Source of the DNA: Azolla caroliniana
Lineage: Eukaryota > Plantae > Polypodiophyta
DNA: 64,000 nt
Assembly (NCBI GenBank): GCA_043228905.1
Contig: JBHGNT010000011.1
Coordinates: forward strand, 7,502,001-7,566,000
Reading direction: 5' to 3'
The position numbers and the translations under genes were made by a program. Shown piece by piece: positions 32,573-45,516 of the stretch (the stretch's first letter is position 1; each line of letters opens with the position of its first letter). The notes beneath the pieces are model-generated. The model did no database searches, was not told the DNA's origin, and worked only from the letters and a program-made list of their open reading frames with translations.

Positions 32573-35500
32573 TCCGTCGTTCTGCTTCCATCTGCACCTC
32601 CTTGAATTTTAGTTTGTTGCTGTTATTGCCATAGTTCGACTCTGAGTACATGGGTTAATTATGGTGCGGCCTTCTGAAACTCCCTCATTCATAACTAATT
32701 CCATTTATTTTCAATGGAAGCATGCGAGGTTCATGGATTGATCAGATCAGTCGAACAAACAAGCCCCCCTCAAGATAATCCTTGCATATGGTAAATTCTC
32801 ATTTCAAGTGTGAGGATCATGGATCAAGTGGAAACAAGAATGGAGTTCAAGATCATCCTTGAATGTGTAAAAAACTCATTGATTTCCTGGGTAATTGTGA
32901 GGATCAGGGCTTGGCAACCTCAAGCCACTTACCATGTATTAAAACCTCATTTATTTGCTAGGGAGTTGTGAGTATTATGGATTGCTGTTGTAAGGTCACA
33001 CTTACCCTTGTGTTACAATCTCATTGATTTGCTCTGGAAGTGTGAGGATCATGGATCAGTCGAAACTAATGTAATCATTCCTCCCAAGTGTGAAAATCCA
33101 TCTATTTGCATGGGAAATATGAGGATCGTGGAGAACCCCATCTATTTTCTAGTGAACTGTTAGAACCTGAAGATCATATTTATGCACGTGTTTTAGTTTA
33201 TTGATAAATGATGAAAGGATTTTGGTAAAGATGAAAGGTGAGGTGCTTACCATTGGCTGATGCTACACAAACACATTATTCACAACTTTCAAGCATACGC
33301 AATAAGTCCTTCCAAAAGGAGGGTGTGAGAGAAGCTCTTTGAAAGCAGCAACAGAATAGAGTTGAAGGAAAAATAGAGACACAAAGACAAGCATTTGTAT
33401 TGTAGGAACAAATTGAATTGTTTACAAAAAAGGCTAGATAGACAGTTTATACAAAGAGGGGGATGTGGCTATTTTGTAGGATGTGATAGGTGAAGTGGCT
33501 TCTTGGTTATCAAGTGACTGTTGGACTACCATCTGTCACAACCAAGCTTAAAATAAATAGGGAACAAAATCTTACTCGATAATAAATTCTAGAGAGAAAA
33601 TCTGGGAATGTAGAGGCGAGAGAACGCTTTCGAGAGAGACTACAGGTCTGGAGCTCTCACCTTCCTACAAGAGGATGCCTAATAGTAGCTAACAAGCAAA
33701 TGATGGTGAAGGAGATGTAATTGTGAAATAGTGAACATTCATGACAAGGCTAGTTTTTAGATGTGGCTTCACGCATTTCCTCACCTTTAACTAAATTTGT
33801 ATTACATGAGAAATAATTTACAAATGAAAAAGCTGGCTTTTTAGTTGTATTGATATGAATAACTTAAGACTCTTTTGTAAGTGAAACTAACCCATCATTA
33901 ACTCTAAAGTCAATCAGTTAAAACCTTTATATGAACCTCCTATGAAGATTAGGCTCTTGCATAGGTTTGTGTGCCTGTGCTACTATACATGTGCTACGGC
34001 ATTGAAATTTTCCAATAGGAATAATATCAGCTATGCCATGATGTATATTGTGCTACAATGCCATGTCCCATGTATGTTTCTTCTTGTATAACTTCCTATT
34101 AAATTATCGAGTATAAAGCTATTTCTTTTCTTTATAGAGGAGTTGCAGCTGGAAAACTTCAAGCAGGTATCATTGTGAAAGCTCAAGAAACTGGCATACA
34201 GCATCACAAGGGGAAAAATCATATGTATCTAACGAACAAATTTCAACAATATGTCTTTCAAGATACAATATTCAAAATGTGTATGGTCAATCTAGAAGAT
34301 GGGCTTCAACCTCAGTCAAAGAAGCACCATCATTGCAGCTAGAAGAAGATATGCCAGTATCGGACATGCTAGTGGATTCCTTTGGTAGAAGACATACATA
34401 TCTACGGATTTCTGTGACTGAGCATTGTAATCTTCGATGCAACTATTGTATGCCAGCAGAGGGTGTGAACCTCACGCCCAACATGAAGCTTTTATCGAAA
34501 GATGAATTGAATCGTCTCGCAAAGATATTTGTATCCGGAGGTATTGATAAAATTCGTATTACAGGAGGAGAGCCAACAGTTCGCCCCGATATTGAGGATT
34601 TGTGTAGAAGTCTGAGTTCTCTACCTGGATTAAAGACATTAGCGATGACAACTAATGGTCTTGTGTTGGCAAGAAAGCTTCCGCAACTGAGAGCTGCTGG
34701 GTTGGATTCTTTGAACATTAGTCTCGACACTCTGGTGCCTGCAAAGTTTGAATTCATAACACGGAGGAACGGTCATTCTAAGGTTTTAGAGGCTATTGAG
34801 GCAGCTCTAGATGAAGGCTACAGCCCTGTAAAGGTAATTACAACATCCAGTACCTTTTGATTTTTTTAGTTTACATCCTTTATAATATTCTTTTCTCTGT
34901 ATCTTAACATATATCATCATATTTAATTTTCATGGATTACTTGCCTTTTCTTGCATACATAGATGTACCATTTCTTGTACTTCTGAACTGTCTCATAGGC
35001 TAACTTTGGCCTGTGGTAGATATTCAATCTACAAACTAGTGTGTTTTGTTCATATAAAGCTATTGAAGTTTTATCTGATAATTGGATTGACTTATGTTGG
35101 GATATTTTTATGTCTATTTAGGTCAATTGTGTTATCATGCGGGGTTTCAATGAAGATGAGATTTGCGATTTTGTGGAAATGACAAGAGAAAAGGATATTA
35201 ATATTCGCTTCATAGAGTTCATGCCATTTGATGGAAATGTTTGGAATTCAAAAAAGCTTGTTTCTTTTGCAGAAATGAAGGAGATAATAGTATGTTATAT
35301 GACACCCTACTATACTCTCTCCTATGCATGCAGTATTCTTTCTTAATTTCTCTGTTCCAATTTTAGATGAAAAATTTCCCTTCCCTACAACGTCTAAAGG
35401 ATCATCCATCAGATACAGCAAAGAACTATCATATAGATGGTTTTAAGGGCACTGTTTCTTTCATAACTTCCATGACAGAGCATTTTTGTGCGGGCTGTAA

Positions 35501-36539
35501 TCGATTGAGGCTGTTAGCAGATGGGAGTTTCAAGGTCTGCCTTTTTGGTTCCTCAGAGGTACTTATCTTTTGACTGAGTTTTTTTTTCTTATGGATGCAT
35601 GCCTTCCTGTTAGTCAGATGCGAAATTTCATGATGAAGAATTTCAGTGACTTGTCATTCTATTATTACATTATTAATGCATGATGGATTAAAAAATGTGT
35701 GTTCATAACCCTTGACCTTGGAATGAGGATGCTAAAAGTTAGCCAGCTTATTATCGCTCTATATGTGGTAGTAACTCAGGAAACCATAAATTGGTGCAGC
35801 ATATATACTGTATATTGGTAATAATATCATTCGCATACGTACATGAAATTCAGTCTGGAGGATATCGTGAAAAGTTAGCTTGCTCTATCCATGTGGTGAA
35901 GGATACTTAAGAGTGTTTTCTGGATAATGAAAAGGTCCTACAGCATGTCCTTGCTTTCACACTTGTTTTTCTTGGTCTCTATGAAGCTCAAAAGACGTTT
36001 GGCGTTTTTCTCAGCTTTGTAAAATGCTGGATGTAGTTTGGTGTGCTGTATTCAGTCATTGATCCTCTTCGAAGTTTGGGCATTTATGACTTAATAACTT
36101 AAACCTAGAGGACTTTGTGCTTGAAACTTTGAAAAGTTGTGAGGATGTTTTAGGTTTGCTAAGAAATTTCGTAAGCCATTTGTGGAAGCTTATTGTCATC
36201 TTTATATGTATTGATGGATCGGCGATTTCACAGCTTATGGAAATATCTGAATTTTTGAGAATATTAGGATAAGTTTTGGAAAAAATTAGACAGTATGTTA
36301 ATGTTTTGTGAATTTCGGAGAATACTAATATTACATATAATTTCATTGAGGTGGTGAATTCCATGCAAATTGCTAATGCTTGATCTATTGTAACCCCTTT
36401 GCAGTTTCCTGGTCAAAACCTCACTTATATAGGTCTTGATCAATTTGTTGAATGAGGAGTGATGGCATAAACGAAGTTGTGATTGTTCTTTGTTGATGAG
36501 CTTGTGAAGTTTTGTAATGTTGTCCTTAAACAAATTCTC

Positions 36540-36571
<32 letters not shown>

Positions 36572-37133
36572 TTTGATGACAGGTTAGTCTTCGGGACGCA
36601 ATAAGGAAAGGAGAAAATGATGATGCTCTTCGGGAAATCATTTGTGCAGCGGTAAGTGGTATAAATAACATGCATAATTTATGAGCCCTGTATGTCAGCA
36701 ACCCTAAATTTTGTATGAATTAGGGAAAAAACATCATCAATTGATCTCACATCTTATGATTAGGCGGGAGACTATTTCATCAAGCTTATGTCTCTGATGA
36801 ATGCCATAACACTTTCAATTGAATTTGCTTTGACGGTGTGATGATCTTAAATCAGTGTTGCTTTAGTCCTTTCACCTTGTTATGACTTTACTGTTTTGCA
36901 TCTCACAGCTCCGTTCAAATTGTTGTACATATATTATCAAGTATGCCTTTGTTATTTAGCCATGTTCTGCACTGATTTTATGTGGTATAAAGCATTTTGG
37001 TCCAGTCCTATGTTGAGATCTTTTATATCATATAAATTTCATTTTTCAGGTCAAGCGAAAGAAAGCTGCTCATGCAGGAATGCATAAGCTAGCTCAGATA
37101 CCGAATAGGCCTATGATTCACATTGGTGGTTGA
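32427..37133 (+). CDS. CNX2: GTP 3',8-cyclase (molybdenum cofactor biosynthesis, MoaA/CNX2), probably mitochondrial, ~414 aa; join(32427-32462,34138-34833,35122-35289,35367-35558,36583-36651,37050-37133)
   Basis: [25 protein letters not shown] (radical-SAM CX3CX2C), [28 protein letters not shown]...CLF, C-terminal RPMIHIGG*; all introns GT-AG and phase 0. Exon 1 ([12 protein letters not shown]) is the least certain. Confidence 0.95.
32715..33180. repeat. Degenerate ~70-90 bp tandem repeat (~6 units) in CNX2 intron 1
   Basis: TGTGAGGATCATGGATCA-like core recurs at ~32724, 32809, 32897, 32967, 33041 and 33119. Confidence 0.65.
34138..34833 (+). CDS. CNX2: CNX2 exon 2 (radical SAM domain)
   Basis: tttatag| acceptor, CNLRCNYC, ends YSPVK|gtaatt. 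Confidence 0.95.
35122..35289 (+). CDS. CNX2: CNX2 exon 3
   Basis: [13 protein letters not shown]...[10 protein letters not shown], canonical splice sites. Confidence 0.93.
35367..35558 (+). CDS. CNX2: CNX2 exon 4 (second Fe-S motif)
   Basis: [30 protein letters not shown]. Confidence 0.93.
36583..36651 (+). CDS. CNX2: CNX2 exon 5
   Basis: [23 protein letters not shown]|gtaagt. Confidence 0.88.
37050..37133 (+). CDS. CNX2: CNX2 exon 6
   Basis: [11 protein letters not shown]...NRPMIHIGG*. Confidence 0.93.
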   Translation, partial: VKRKKAAHAGMHKLAQIPNRPMIHIGG

Positions 37134-37441
37134 TGTGAAAATAGAGTTCCTTACCCTGACTTTCTTTCTCAGAAAAGAGTATGGGCAACAGTAGGCTTGC
37201 TTACCCAAGTAGAAGTTTTGGTGGTTCTTGCACTGAACTCCTGACAGGAGAAATTCCCATGGATGTAGTCACATATTTAATGAGGTGGTGATTCAACTTC
37301 TATAAAAATGATGCACACCAAATGTAGCACGATAGGGAGCTACTTGTAAATATTCAATGACATGGAGATGGCATTTCTGAATCCATCTTAAAACAATATT
37401 CTGCGTATACAGACATGTAGCAAGATATCAATATTTATGTT

Positions 37442-37565
37442 AGATACTCTTGACATTCATATAAATTTCAGGAAAGTAAAACAGGGAAGCTATGTACCAT
37501 CCACAGATATTCTTGACATTCATATAAATTTCAGGAAAGTAAAACAGGGCAGCTATGTACCATCC
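37442..37565. repeat. 63-bp tandem duplication
   Basis: Two near-identical copies starting 37442 and 37505. Confidence 0.92.
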
Positions 37566-37877
37566 GGTGGGAAAGCTCTGTATTCTTTCTTTTTTTGCTC
37601 TGTGGTATTTCATTTTCATCAGAACAGGAGGGACATGTAGCTCATTCATGATGGTTACCCTTCCCTATTAAATCTCTTTGGAGTAGAATGTTTTTTGTGG
37701 TATGCAATGCTATCATGAAGCTCTTCTATGTTTAACTGAAGTATATCATCTGTCTTTTCTAGCTTATCTTTGCGAATTAAAATATCTGAGGATCTTGAAA
37801 TATTAGGATTGCTTTGGAGGTTTTCAAGTGCTTGTACTTGTATAAAGGAGATAGTAGTATTTGTAAGCAATTCTTCA

Positions 37878-38145
37878 TGAAGTACATATATTCTGGATGT
37901 ATGCAACCCGACGGTAGTTCAGAACACCTTAACTGTATCCTGTTGCAATCAGCAAAAGACTCTCCACTAAATGCCCAAAAGTCTGGTAAAGAAAATGTAG
38001 TGAAACAAGTTGAAGTGCATATATTCTGGATGTATGCAACCCGACGGTAGTTCAGAACACCTTAACTGTATCCTGTTGCAATCAGCAAAAGACTCTCCAC
38101 TAAATGCCCAAAAGTCTGGTAAAGAAAATGTAGTGAAACAAGTTG
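37878..38145. repeat. 133-bp tandem duplication
   Basis: Two near-identical copies starting 37878 and 38011. Confidence 0.92.
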
Positions 38146-38419
38146 ACAACAGAGACCAAGAAACAGAGAAATGCACACAACTCACAATAGAATTTTTGAT
38201 ATGTTGACCTATATACATCCTAATAAATAGTAAGAATTACCTTTTTGGCCTTTCACACTATGTATCAAACTCCCACTAAAGGCCAAAAGAATCGGCAAAA
38301 TTGATGGGAAGATTGTATAAGACTAGAACCTCCTACTTGATGAACATGCTACATAATATACATAAGACAAATTGTGTAACTTGAAGAACTAAGTAATTCC
38401 CATCAAGTGGCAACAATGT

Positions 38420-38680
38420 TTTAGTGCATCATGCAGGAGAGCTTTGGTCAATGCATCTACGACACTTTCCTGAGAAACGACCTTCTCAAGTCTGATGCAA
38501 CCAACAGTAATGCATTCCTAGATGAAATGGTATTGCACTCTAATGTGCTTGGTCCTTGCATGGTATATTGGGTTTTTACCCAATGCAATGACACTCTGAC
38601 TAACAAAAAATAGTACGGGTACAAGCTAAGGTATGCCCGTGTCACAAACTAGACTAGACAGCCACACAACTTCCTTAACA
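38420..38680 (-). mobile_element. Old copia RNase H fragment
   Basis: NPIYHARTKHIRVQYHFI...DALTKAL on the minus strand. Confidence 0.8.
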
Positions 38681-39364
38681 TGCCTCACTAGTTGCAACAA
38701 TCTATACTTCTATAGTAAACAAAGCAACACACTCTTGGAGACGAGATTTCAAAGATATGGCACCTCCTATAATTTGAAAAATATTCCTCGTAGTAGACTT
38801 TTGTAGTAAGAACCAGCAGCATAATCAAAACTTGTATATCCAATAATGGATACATTTTTGCCACCCAAACATAGACACTGTTGGAGGGTGGCAGCTCCAA
38901 ACCTGCACTCTCTTTCACCTTTATTATCTCTATACTACATTCTCTCTCTTCCCAAATTCTTCTCTCCCTAGTATCTGCAACTCTTTAAATGCCTTTTCTC
39001 TCTTCCACTTTTTCCAAGATATTCACTTTTTATTCCTAGTTTATTGTACCTGTTTGGCAGTACAAGAGTCTCTTAACTACCAAACAACCATTCCCGATTT
39101 TGTATAAATAGGCTTATACCAGCCTCTTGTGTAATGAGATTATTTTCTGCTACTACTTACAAACAAGCACAAGCTGTGTCTCTACTCTTTGCAACCATTT
39201 TTCCTACTGCTGTCTAACAGCCTTCTCACAGCTTGGCTATGTCTATTTTGTTATAACTCTTCTGTTGTTGCTATTAACAGCTTTTCTCACAAACACTTAT
39301 ATCTAGTGTCACTCAGATATCTTAGTATCGTTTTAACTACTTTCTAGTGTTTCTTACCAAGGTT

Positions 39365-39550
39365 TCACAAAAATCTGCTCACAACTCCCAATACAAATGC
39401 AATATATGGCCTAGTCTCTATCATACCATACACAAGACTAACAACAACAAACTGGTAATATATTTTTCTCATGAACTCCTTTTCATCATCAGATTTACGA
39501 CATTCATTTTTGCTCAATTTTAAATGCATAGACAATGTTGTGGTCAAAGA
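39365..39550 (-). mobile_element. Old copia RT fragment
   Basis: YQFVVVSLVYGMIETRPYIAFVLGVVSRFL. Confidence 0.75.
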
Positions 39551-39669
39551 TTTTGCACTCTCTTTGACAACGCCTCATCCATCTTCTCAATCAAGACTAT
39601 CTCTTCTCTTCTCTTCTGACTTTTTTTCTCAAGTCACCTCTCAATCATTACGTAACAATATCTAGCGTT

Positions 39670-40830
39670 AATCATGGCATTGATTACAATGAGACTTTTG
39701 CATTTACAGCGAAGATGAGCATTGTTAGAATGCTTATTTCCTTGGCATTGAATAAGGATTGGAAATTACATCAATTAGATATAAAAAATGCATTCCTTCA
39801 TGGAGAGTTGATGGAGGAAGTGTACATGGATATCCCCCAAGGTTTTGGTATAATTCAAATAATAGGCAAGGTTTGCAAACTAAGGAAGTCGCTTTATGGC
39901 CTGAAGTAGTCTTCTTGAGTCTGGTTTGACAGGTTAAGAAGGGCTATGGTGGGTATGGGATACCAGTAGATCAATGCGAACCATACAGTGTTTTCCCGAC
40001 AACACAAGGAGCATACTACATTACTTGTTGTGTATGTGGATGCTATAATTACCACGGATGAAGATGATGGAGAGTTTGCCCAACTGAAGGTGCAACTGGG
40101 TAAAGAGTTTGAGGTGAAAGATCTAGGCTTGCTACGATATTTTCTTGGAATTGAGGTAGCTCGTGGGGCAAAAGGAAATGTTCAATCTTCGCGAAAATAT
40201 GTATTAGATCTTCTAACAGAAACTGGAATGTTGGGTTGTAGGTAGGTTTGTAGCTTCGCCAATTGACCCAAAGATCAAGTTAATTAAACTTGCAAGAGAG
40301 AAAGTTGATCGTCAAGGGTATCAGAGATTGGTAGGTCAGCTGATTTATCTAACTCACACTCGTCCAAATATTTCATTTGCAATAAGTGTGGTAAGTCACT
40401 ACATGCATGATCCAAGGAAAGATCATATGGATGCAATGTACCAAATTCTGAGATATCTCAAAGGTGCGTTGGGGAAGGGATTGATCTTTAGAAAACATGG
40501 TTATTTCAACAGGATACTGCATGTTTGTTGGGGGCAATCTGGTCTCTTGGAAGAGTATGAAACAGTTAGTAGTAGCAAGGTCAAAAACAGAAGGAAAGTA
40601 TAGAGCTATTGTTGTAGGAGTTGCGGAGATGTTGTGGCTGAGAAGTGATTCTGATTGGGCTAGTTGTGCTCATGATAGGAAATCCACATCAGGATACTGC
40701 ATGTTTGTTGGGGGCAATCTGGTCTCTTGGAAGAGTACGAAACAGTTAGTAGTAGCAAGGTCAAAAATAGAAGGAAAGTACAGAGCTATTGTTGTAGGAG
40801 TTGTGGAGATGTTGTGGCTGAGAACTCTCC
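39670..40830 (+). mobile_element. Copia RT-RNase H fragment, rearranged
   Basis: [45 protein letters not shown]...RKSTSGY; 180-bp-period duplication. Confidence 0.9.
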
Positions 40831-40834
40831 TACT

Positions 40835-43519
40835 AAGGATGACACAAGTGGTCGACATGGTGTTGCCCATCTTGGGGACAACTATGCATGTGAAATTGCA
40901 GGTATTGGCACTGTGCAATTACAGTTTCAGCATGGTTCTGCTTTCACACTTCAGCATGTACGGCATGTACCTCAGCTCAAGAAGAGCTTGATTAGCACAG
41001 GACAGCTAGATGACGATGGATTTCACACCATCTTTGGTGATGGGAAATGGAAGATTTGTAAGGGATCTAGAGTTATTGCCAAGGGTAGTAAAAGTGATAC
41101 TTTGTATCCTCCCCATGTATCTAGTGTGAGTGACCATGTTGTTGCCATAACTGAGCAGCCAAGTGTTTCTTTGTAGTATGGCCGGTTGGGACATTCATTC
41201 TTGAGCTTGATTAGCACAGGACAGCTAGATGACGATGGATTTCACGCCATCTTTGGTGATGGGAAATGGAAGATTTGTAAGGGATCTAGAGTTATTGCCA
41301 AGGGTAGTAAAAGTGATACTTTGTATCCCCCCCATGTATCTAGTGTGAGTGACCATGTTGTTGCCATAACCAAGCAGCCAAGTGTTTCTTTGTGGCATGG
41401 CCGGTTGGGACACATGAGTGAAACTGGTATGAAAGTACTTTCTCGTTTGGGTTACTTGCCTTGTCTTTGTTATGCTGATTTTGAGCATTGTAATCATTGC
41501 ATTTATCATGTACAAACATCTCATAAAAAGTCTCTTTCGCTAAAGTCTTCCCCTCTTGAGTTAGTACATTCAGATGTATGTCAGATGCCAGGGCTATCAT
41601 TAGGAGGAAAGAAATACTTAGTCACTTTTGTCGATGATGCTACACGGAAGGTATGGGTTTACCCTATTTGTAGCAAGGATGAAGTGCTCGACAAGTTTCG
41701 AACATTCTTGGCATTAGTTGAGAATCAAATTGATAAGACACTTAAGTGTCTTCGCTCTGACAATCGTGGAATATGTGTCCAAGGCCTTTCAAGCAATTTG
41801 TGAGAGAAAAGGGATAAAGAGGGAACTCACTGCCCCTTATAATCCACCCCAAAATGGAGTTGCAGAGCGTATGAATCGGACTATTCAAGATAAGGTTCGT
41901 ACTATGTTGCCTCATGCTGCGTGACCCCATGGTTTTGGGGCAGAGGCTGTTATGACAGCTGTTCACTTGATTAATCGGTCACCTAACAGGTCTTTGGGAG
42001 GGGTAATACCCCAAGAAGCGTGGTCGGGAAAGCCCCCTTCATATGCTCACTTGAAAGTGTTTGGTTGTGAGGATTTTGTGCACATTTGTAAAGAAGAACG
42101 CAACAAACTTGAGCCAAAGTCCTGCAAATGTATTTTCCTAGGATACGGTGACGACGGTGAAATGGGGTATAGATTGTGGGATCCCGAGAAAAGAAAAATA
42201 GTACACAGCAATGATGTTATCTTCTGGGAAAATCTCATGCATAAACAACCTGAAAAAACCGAGGAAGTACATAGGGTTGTATCCCGAGAAGAAATACCTT
42301 TTAGACAGAAAAATGTGCCCGATGTACAGCAGCAAACACCTGCTGTAAACTTACCTGCAAATGAAGAAAATGAGGCTGGAAATGATCAGCCAGCCTTTGC
42401 CCATAATGATGAGCCACCAAATGTGCAGGAACGGCTAGAACAGCAAGCTGTTAATGCTGATTTGCAGGCTGAAATGCCTGGATAGAAAGTTGAAAATGAT
42501 GATTTACAGGCTCAACAGCTACCAAACTATGAGCATTGGGTTAGGAGATCGTCTAGAGTTACAAGCCAGCCTGACAGATTTGTTCCTGATGCAAACAGTG
42601 TGGCTGATTATGTCATCGTGACTGATTGTGGCGAACCGTCCAGGACAATAAGAAATGGTACAAAGCCATGTTGTCAGAGATGGAATCTCTTGAGAAAAAT
42701 GACACTTGGTATTTGGTGCAGTTGCCTAAAGGGCAGAAAACATTCCATGCAAATGGGTTTACAAAATGAAGGTCATTTCTGATTCCTCACCAAAGTACAA
42801 AGCAAGATTGGTTGCAAAAGGATACGAGCAGGAATATGGAGTTGATTTTGATGAGATCTTCTCGCCTATAGTCAAGATGACTACATTAAGAACCATTTTG
42901 GGCTTAGTTGCAACAGAAGATATGGAGCTTATACAACTAGATGTGAAGACCGCCTTTTTACATGGCGAAACGCAATAAAGACATATATATGCAGCAGCCT
43001 GAAGGTTTTGTGGCTAAAGGCAGAGAGAAGATGGTTTGTAAGCTCAAAAGGAGTTTGTATGGGTTGAAACAAGCACCAAGAGAATGGTATCATAAATTTG
43101 ATACATTTATGCAGTCTCAAGGTTTTCGTAGAAGTCAAGTGGACCACTGCTTGAACACCAAGAAGGCAGGAGATGGCCGCCTGATTATCTTGGTTTTGTA
43201 TGTTGATGATATGTTGATTGCTGGCAAGTATATTCATGCCTTGGATTCATTGAAGCAAATCCTTCATGGCAGCTTTGATATGAAGGATCTTGGTGATGCA
43301 AATCACATCCTTGGCATGCAAATACTCCGAAACCGGTTGAAAGGGATACTCTTTCTATGTCAGCAGGAGTATATCTCTAAGGTTTTGCAGCATTTCAATA
43401 TGGAGGGGGGGGAAACAATTGGGGTTCCATTGCCTCCATATTTGAAACTCAGTGCAGAAGACAGCCCTACATCTGATGATGAGAAGGCTGAAATGGCTAA
43501 GGTTCCATATGCCTTTTAA
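40835..43519 (+). mobile_element. Tnt1/Tork-like copia protease-integrase-RT fragment
   Basis: VRHVPQLKKSLISTGQLDDDG, LWHGRLGHMS, LVHSDV, NGVAERMNRT, YKARLVAKG, LYVDDMLI; 219-bp-period duplication 40984-41415. Confidence 0.92.
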
Positions 43520-44792
43520 AGGGAATAAAGGGCCATCATGCCTTTTATTAGTGCACGAGTGTAAACGCACTCATTGCACATTTTGACTTGTATATACATA
43601 TATATATCTAAAAACCGAAAAAAAGTGGTACACTCTTTGTACCAAGACAGCATGCATCTCTCTCTCTCTCTCCCTTTGTCTCTCACTCAGACTCTCTCTC
43701 TCTCTCTGGTTGACCTAAAACCCTAATCTTCGCGCTGCCCTTCAGCTAGCCAGCCCCAACCGCTAATTAGTCCAACGGCCATATCTTGGCCTTTATAAGG
43801 AGGAGCCTTCTCCTCCTTATGTGAGATAAGCGACCTCTGTATTTTCTACCCTCTGTTGTAACATATATGTATACTCTTGAAAATAAATGAAAGGAGAATG
43901 TTCATTTTGCAATTGCAATACAGCACGATATATTTCAAAACATAAAGAGGGAACATGTCAAAGTAATATATGCATAGGTGACAGTAAGACAGAAGGAAAC
44001 AAGATAAGTTATAATGATATACAGATGCCCAAAAAATCTCATCGAACAATAAGCCAATACGCAATGCTCCAATTACTCACTATCATCATACTATGCAAGC
44101 AAGTGCCCATATCTATTGCTAAAGGCATAATAAAATTTTATTATTTCCTGGAAATGGTTGCGAACTATCAAATTGATGAGCTCTCATTACCTGGTTCATC
44201 TCGAACAGAGTCCAGAAAATAATGAAACTTGGCTCAAAATAAGGATAGTTCAATGATGCCTACCAGGAGCTGGGTCAATTGATAATTGAGTAATCATTAT
44301 GGAAAAGCTGTGAAAGAGTCAAATAGTCTTACAATACTTCTTGAGGATGGTGATTATGGAACAATAAATCTATTCTATATAATGGTGCAGTCACTAGAGC
44401 AAAGATTCTCTACTGGTCAAGAGGAGGTTCTAATGTGTCAAGTACATACACAATTGTATAGACATCCCTATGAAGATGCTGCTAAATGTGAAAGGACAAA
44501 AATACATTCAAATATCACAGGGACAGACAAAATATCTGTTTGTCATTCCAACTATTATCTCATTCACACAGTATTTGGTTCACTGATAGAAAAACATATA
44601 TTCAATCATGTGGTATAATTTTGACCAGAAAAGAGCAAACACGAAACAGAGATCATACCTTTTAATCCTCAGAATCCTTGTTTCATCTTCATCCTAATTG
44701 GTATGGATGCAGGCACAGCTCCCACAGCATTTTGCAACTACATTTACTAGTCTCCAAATATTGGATATATTTTATAATGTCCACCAAATCTC

Positions 44793-44984
44793 TCATGAAC
44801 TTTTGTTGTCAAGGTCATGTATGGAAAGCTCAGGATAGATGGCTGTAGTATAGCAAATGATAGAACTGCTCTTTGTGCGTAATTCCATTCATGATCTTTT
44901 GTTGTCAAGGTCATGCATGGAAAACTCAGGATGGATGGCTGTGGTACTGAAAATGATAGAACTGCTCTTTGTACGTAATCCATC
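44793..44984. repeat. 96-bp tandem duplication
   Basis: Two diverged copies (GTTGTCAAGGTCATG at 44805 and 44901). Confidence 0.88.
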
Positions 44985-45516
44985 CAAAGAGCAGCTCATC
45001 AAGTCCTGACTCTTGCCTCAAATAAATATTTCCATCTGACATGTGATTGAGCTTGAGCAATGTAGTATTCAAGTTGCAGAAAACCCACTACATATGATCT
45101 TCTTTACTGCAGAATATATTCTTGCATATTTAGGTATGTATGGAATTGATCAGCTCTACTTTACACACTAAAATACCCATTGGAATCTATGTTCAACTCA
45201 TTGAGACTACCATTCCACGGAAAGAAGAATCCCTGGGTGGGAGATACCCTAACGAGATTCGACTTGCAATCCTGGACCATTTTTTTTGCCTTATGATTTG
45301 TCATTGATAGTAATGAGGATTGAGCAGATTATTGCCATACCTGCACTGTAGAGTAGCTATTGGAAGGACAGACTTTCCTTGGTATGTCATGCATGCATAT
45401 AGTGCAATATTCATAAATATTTCCTACAATCCATCCTTCACCTTTCATCTCCCCAGATTTCATGCGCGACCAGTGTTTTTTCCTTATATCACATACGTTG
45501 TCAATTGAAAGAGATA

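Noticed and set aside
37655-38220. Additional protein-coding gene downstream of CNX2
   Set aside because: Short ORFs with no recognisable motifs, inflated by the 133-bp duplication; a UTR exon cannot be excluded
43520-43865. Solo LTR or MITE after the copia fragment
   Set aside because: It has TATA-like and CT-repeat content and ends in TAACA, but no partner copy, clear 5' TG boundary or TSD could be established
44000-45500. Downstream DYW deaminase exon for the PPR gene
   Set aside because: No HxE/CxxC or PG-box motifs seen on the minus strand
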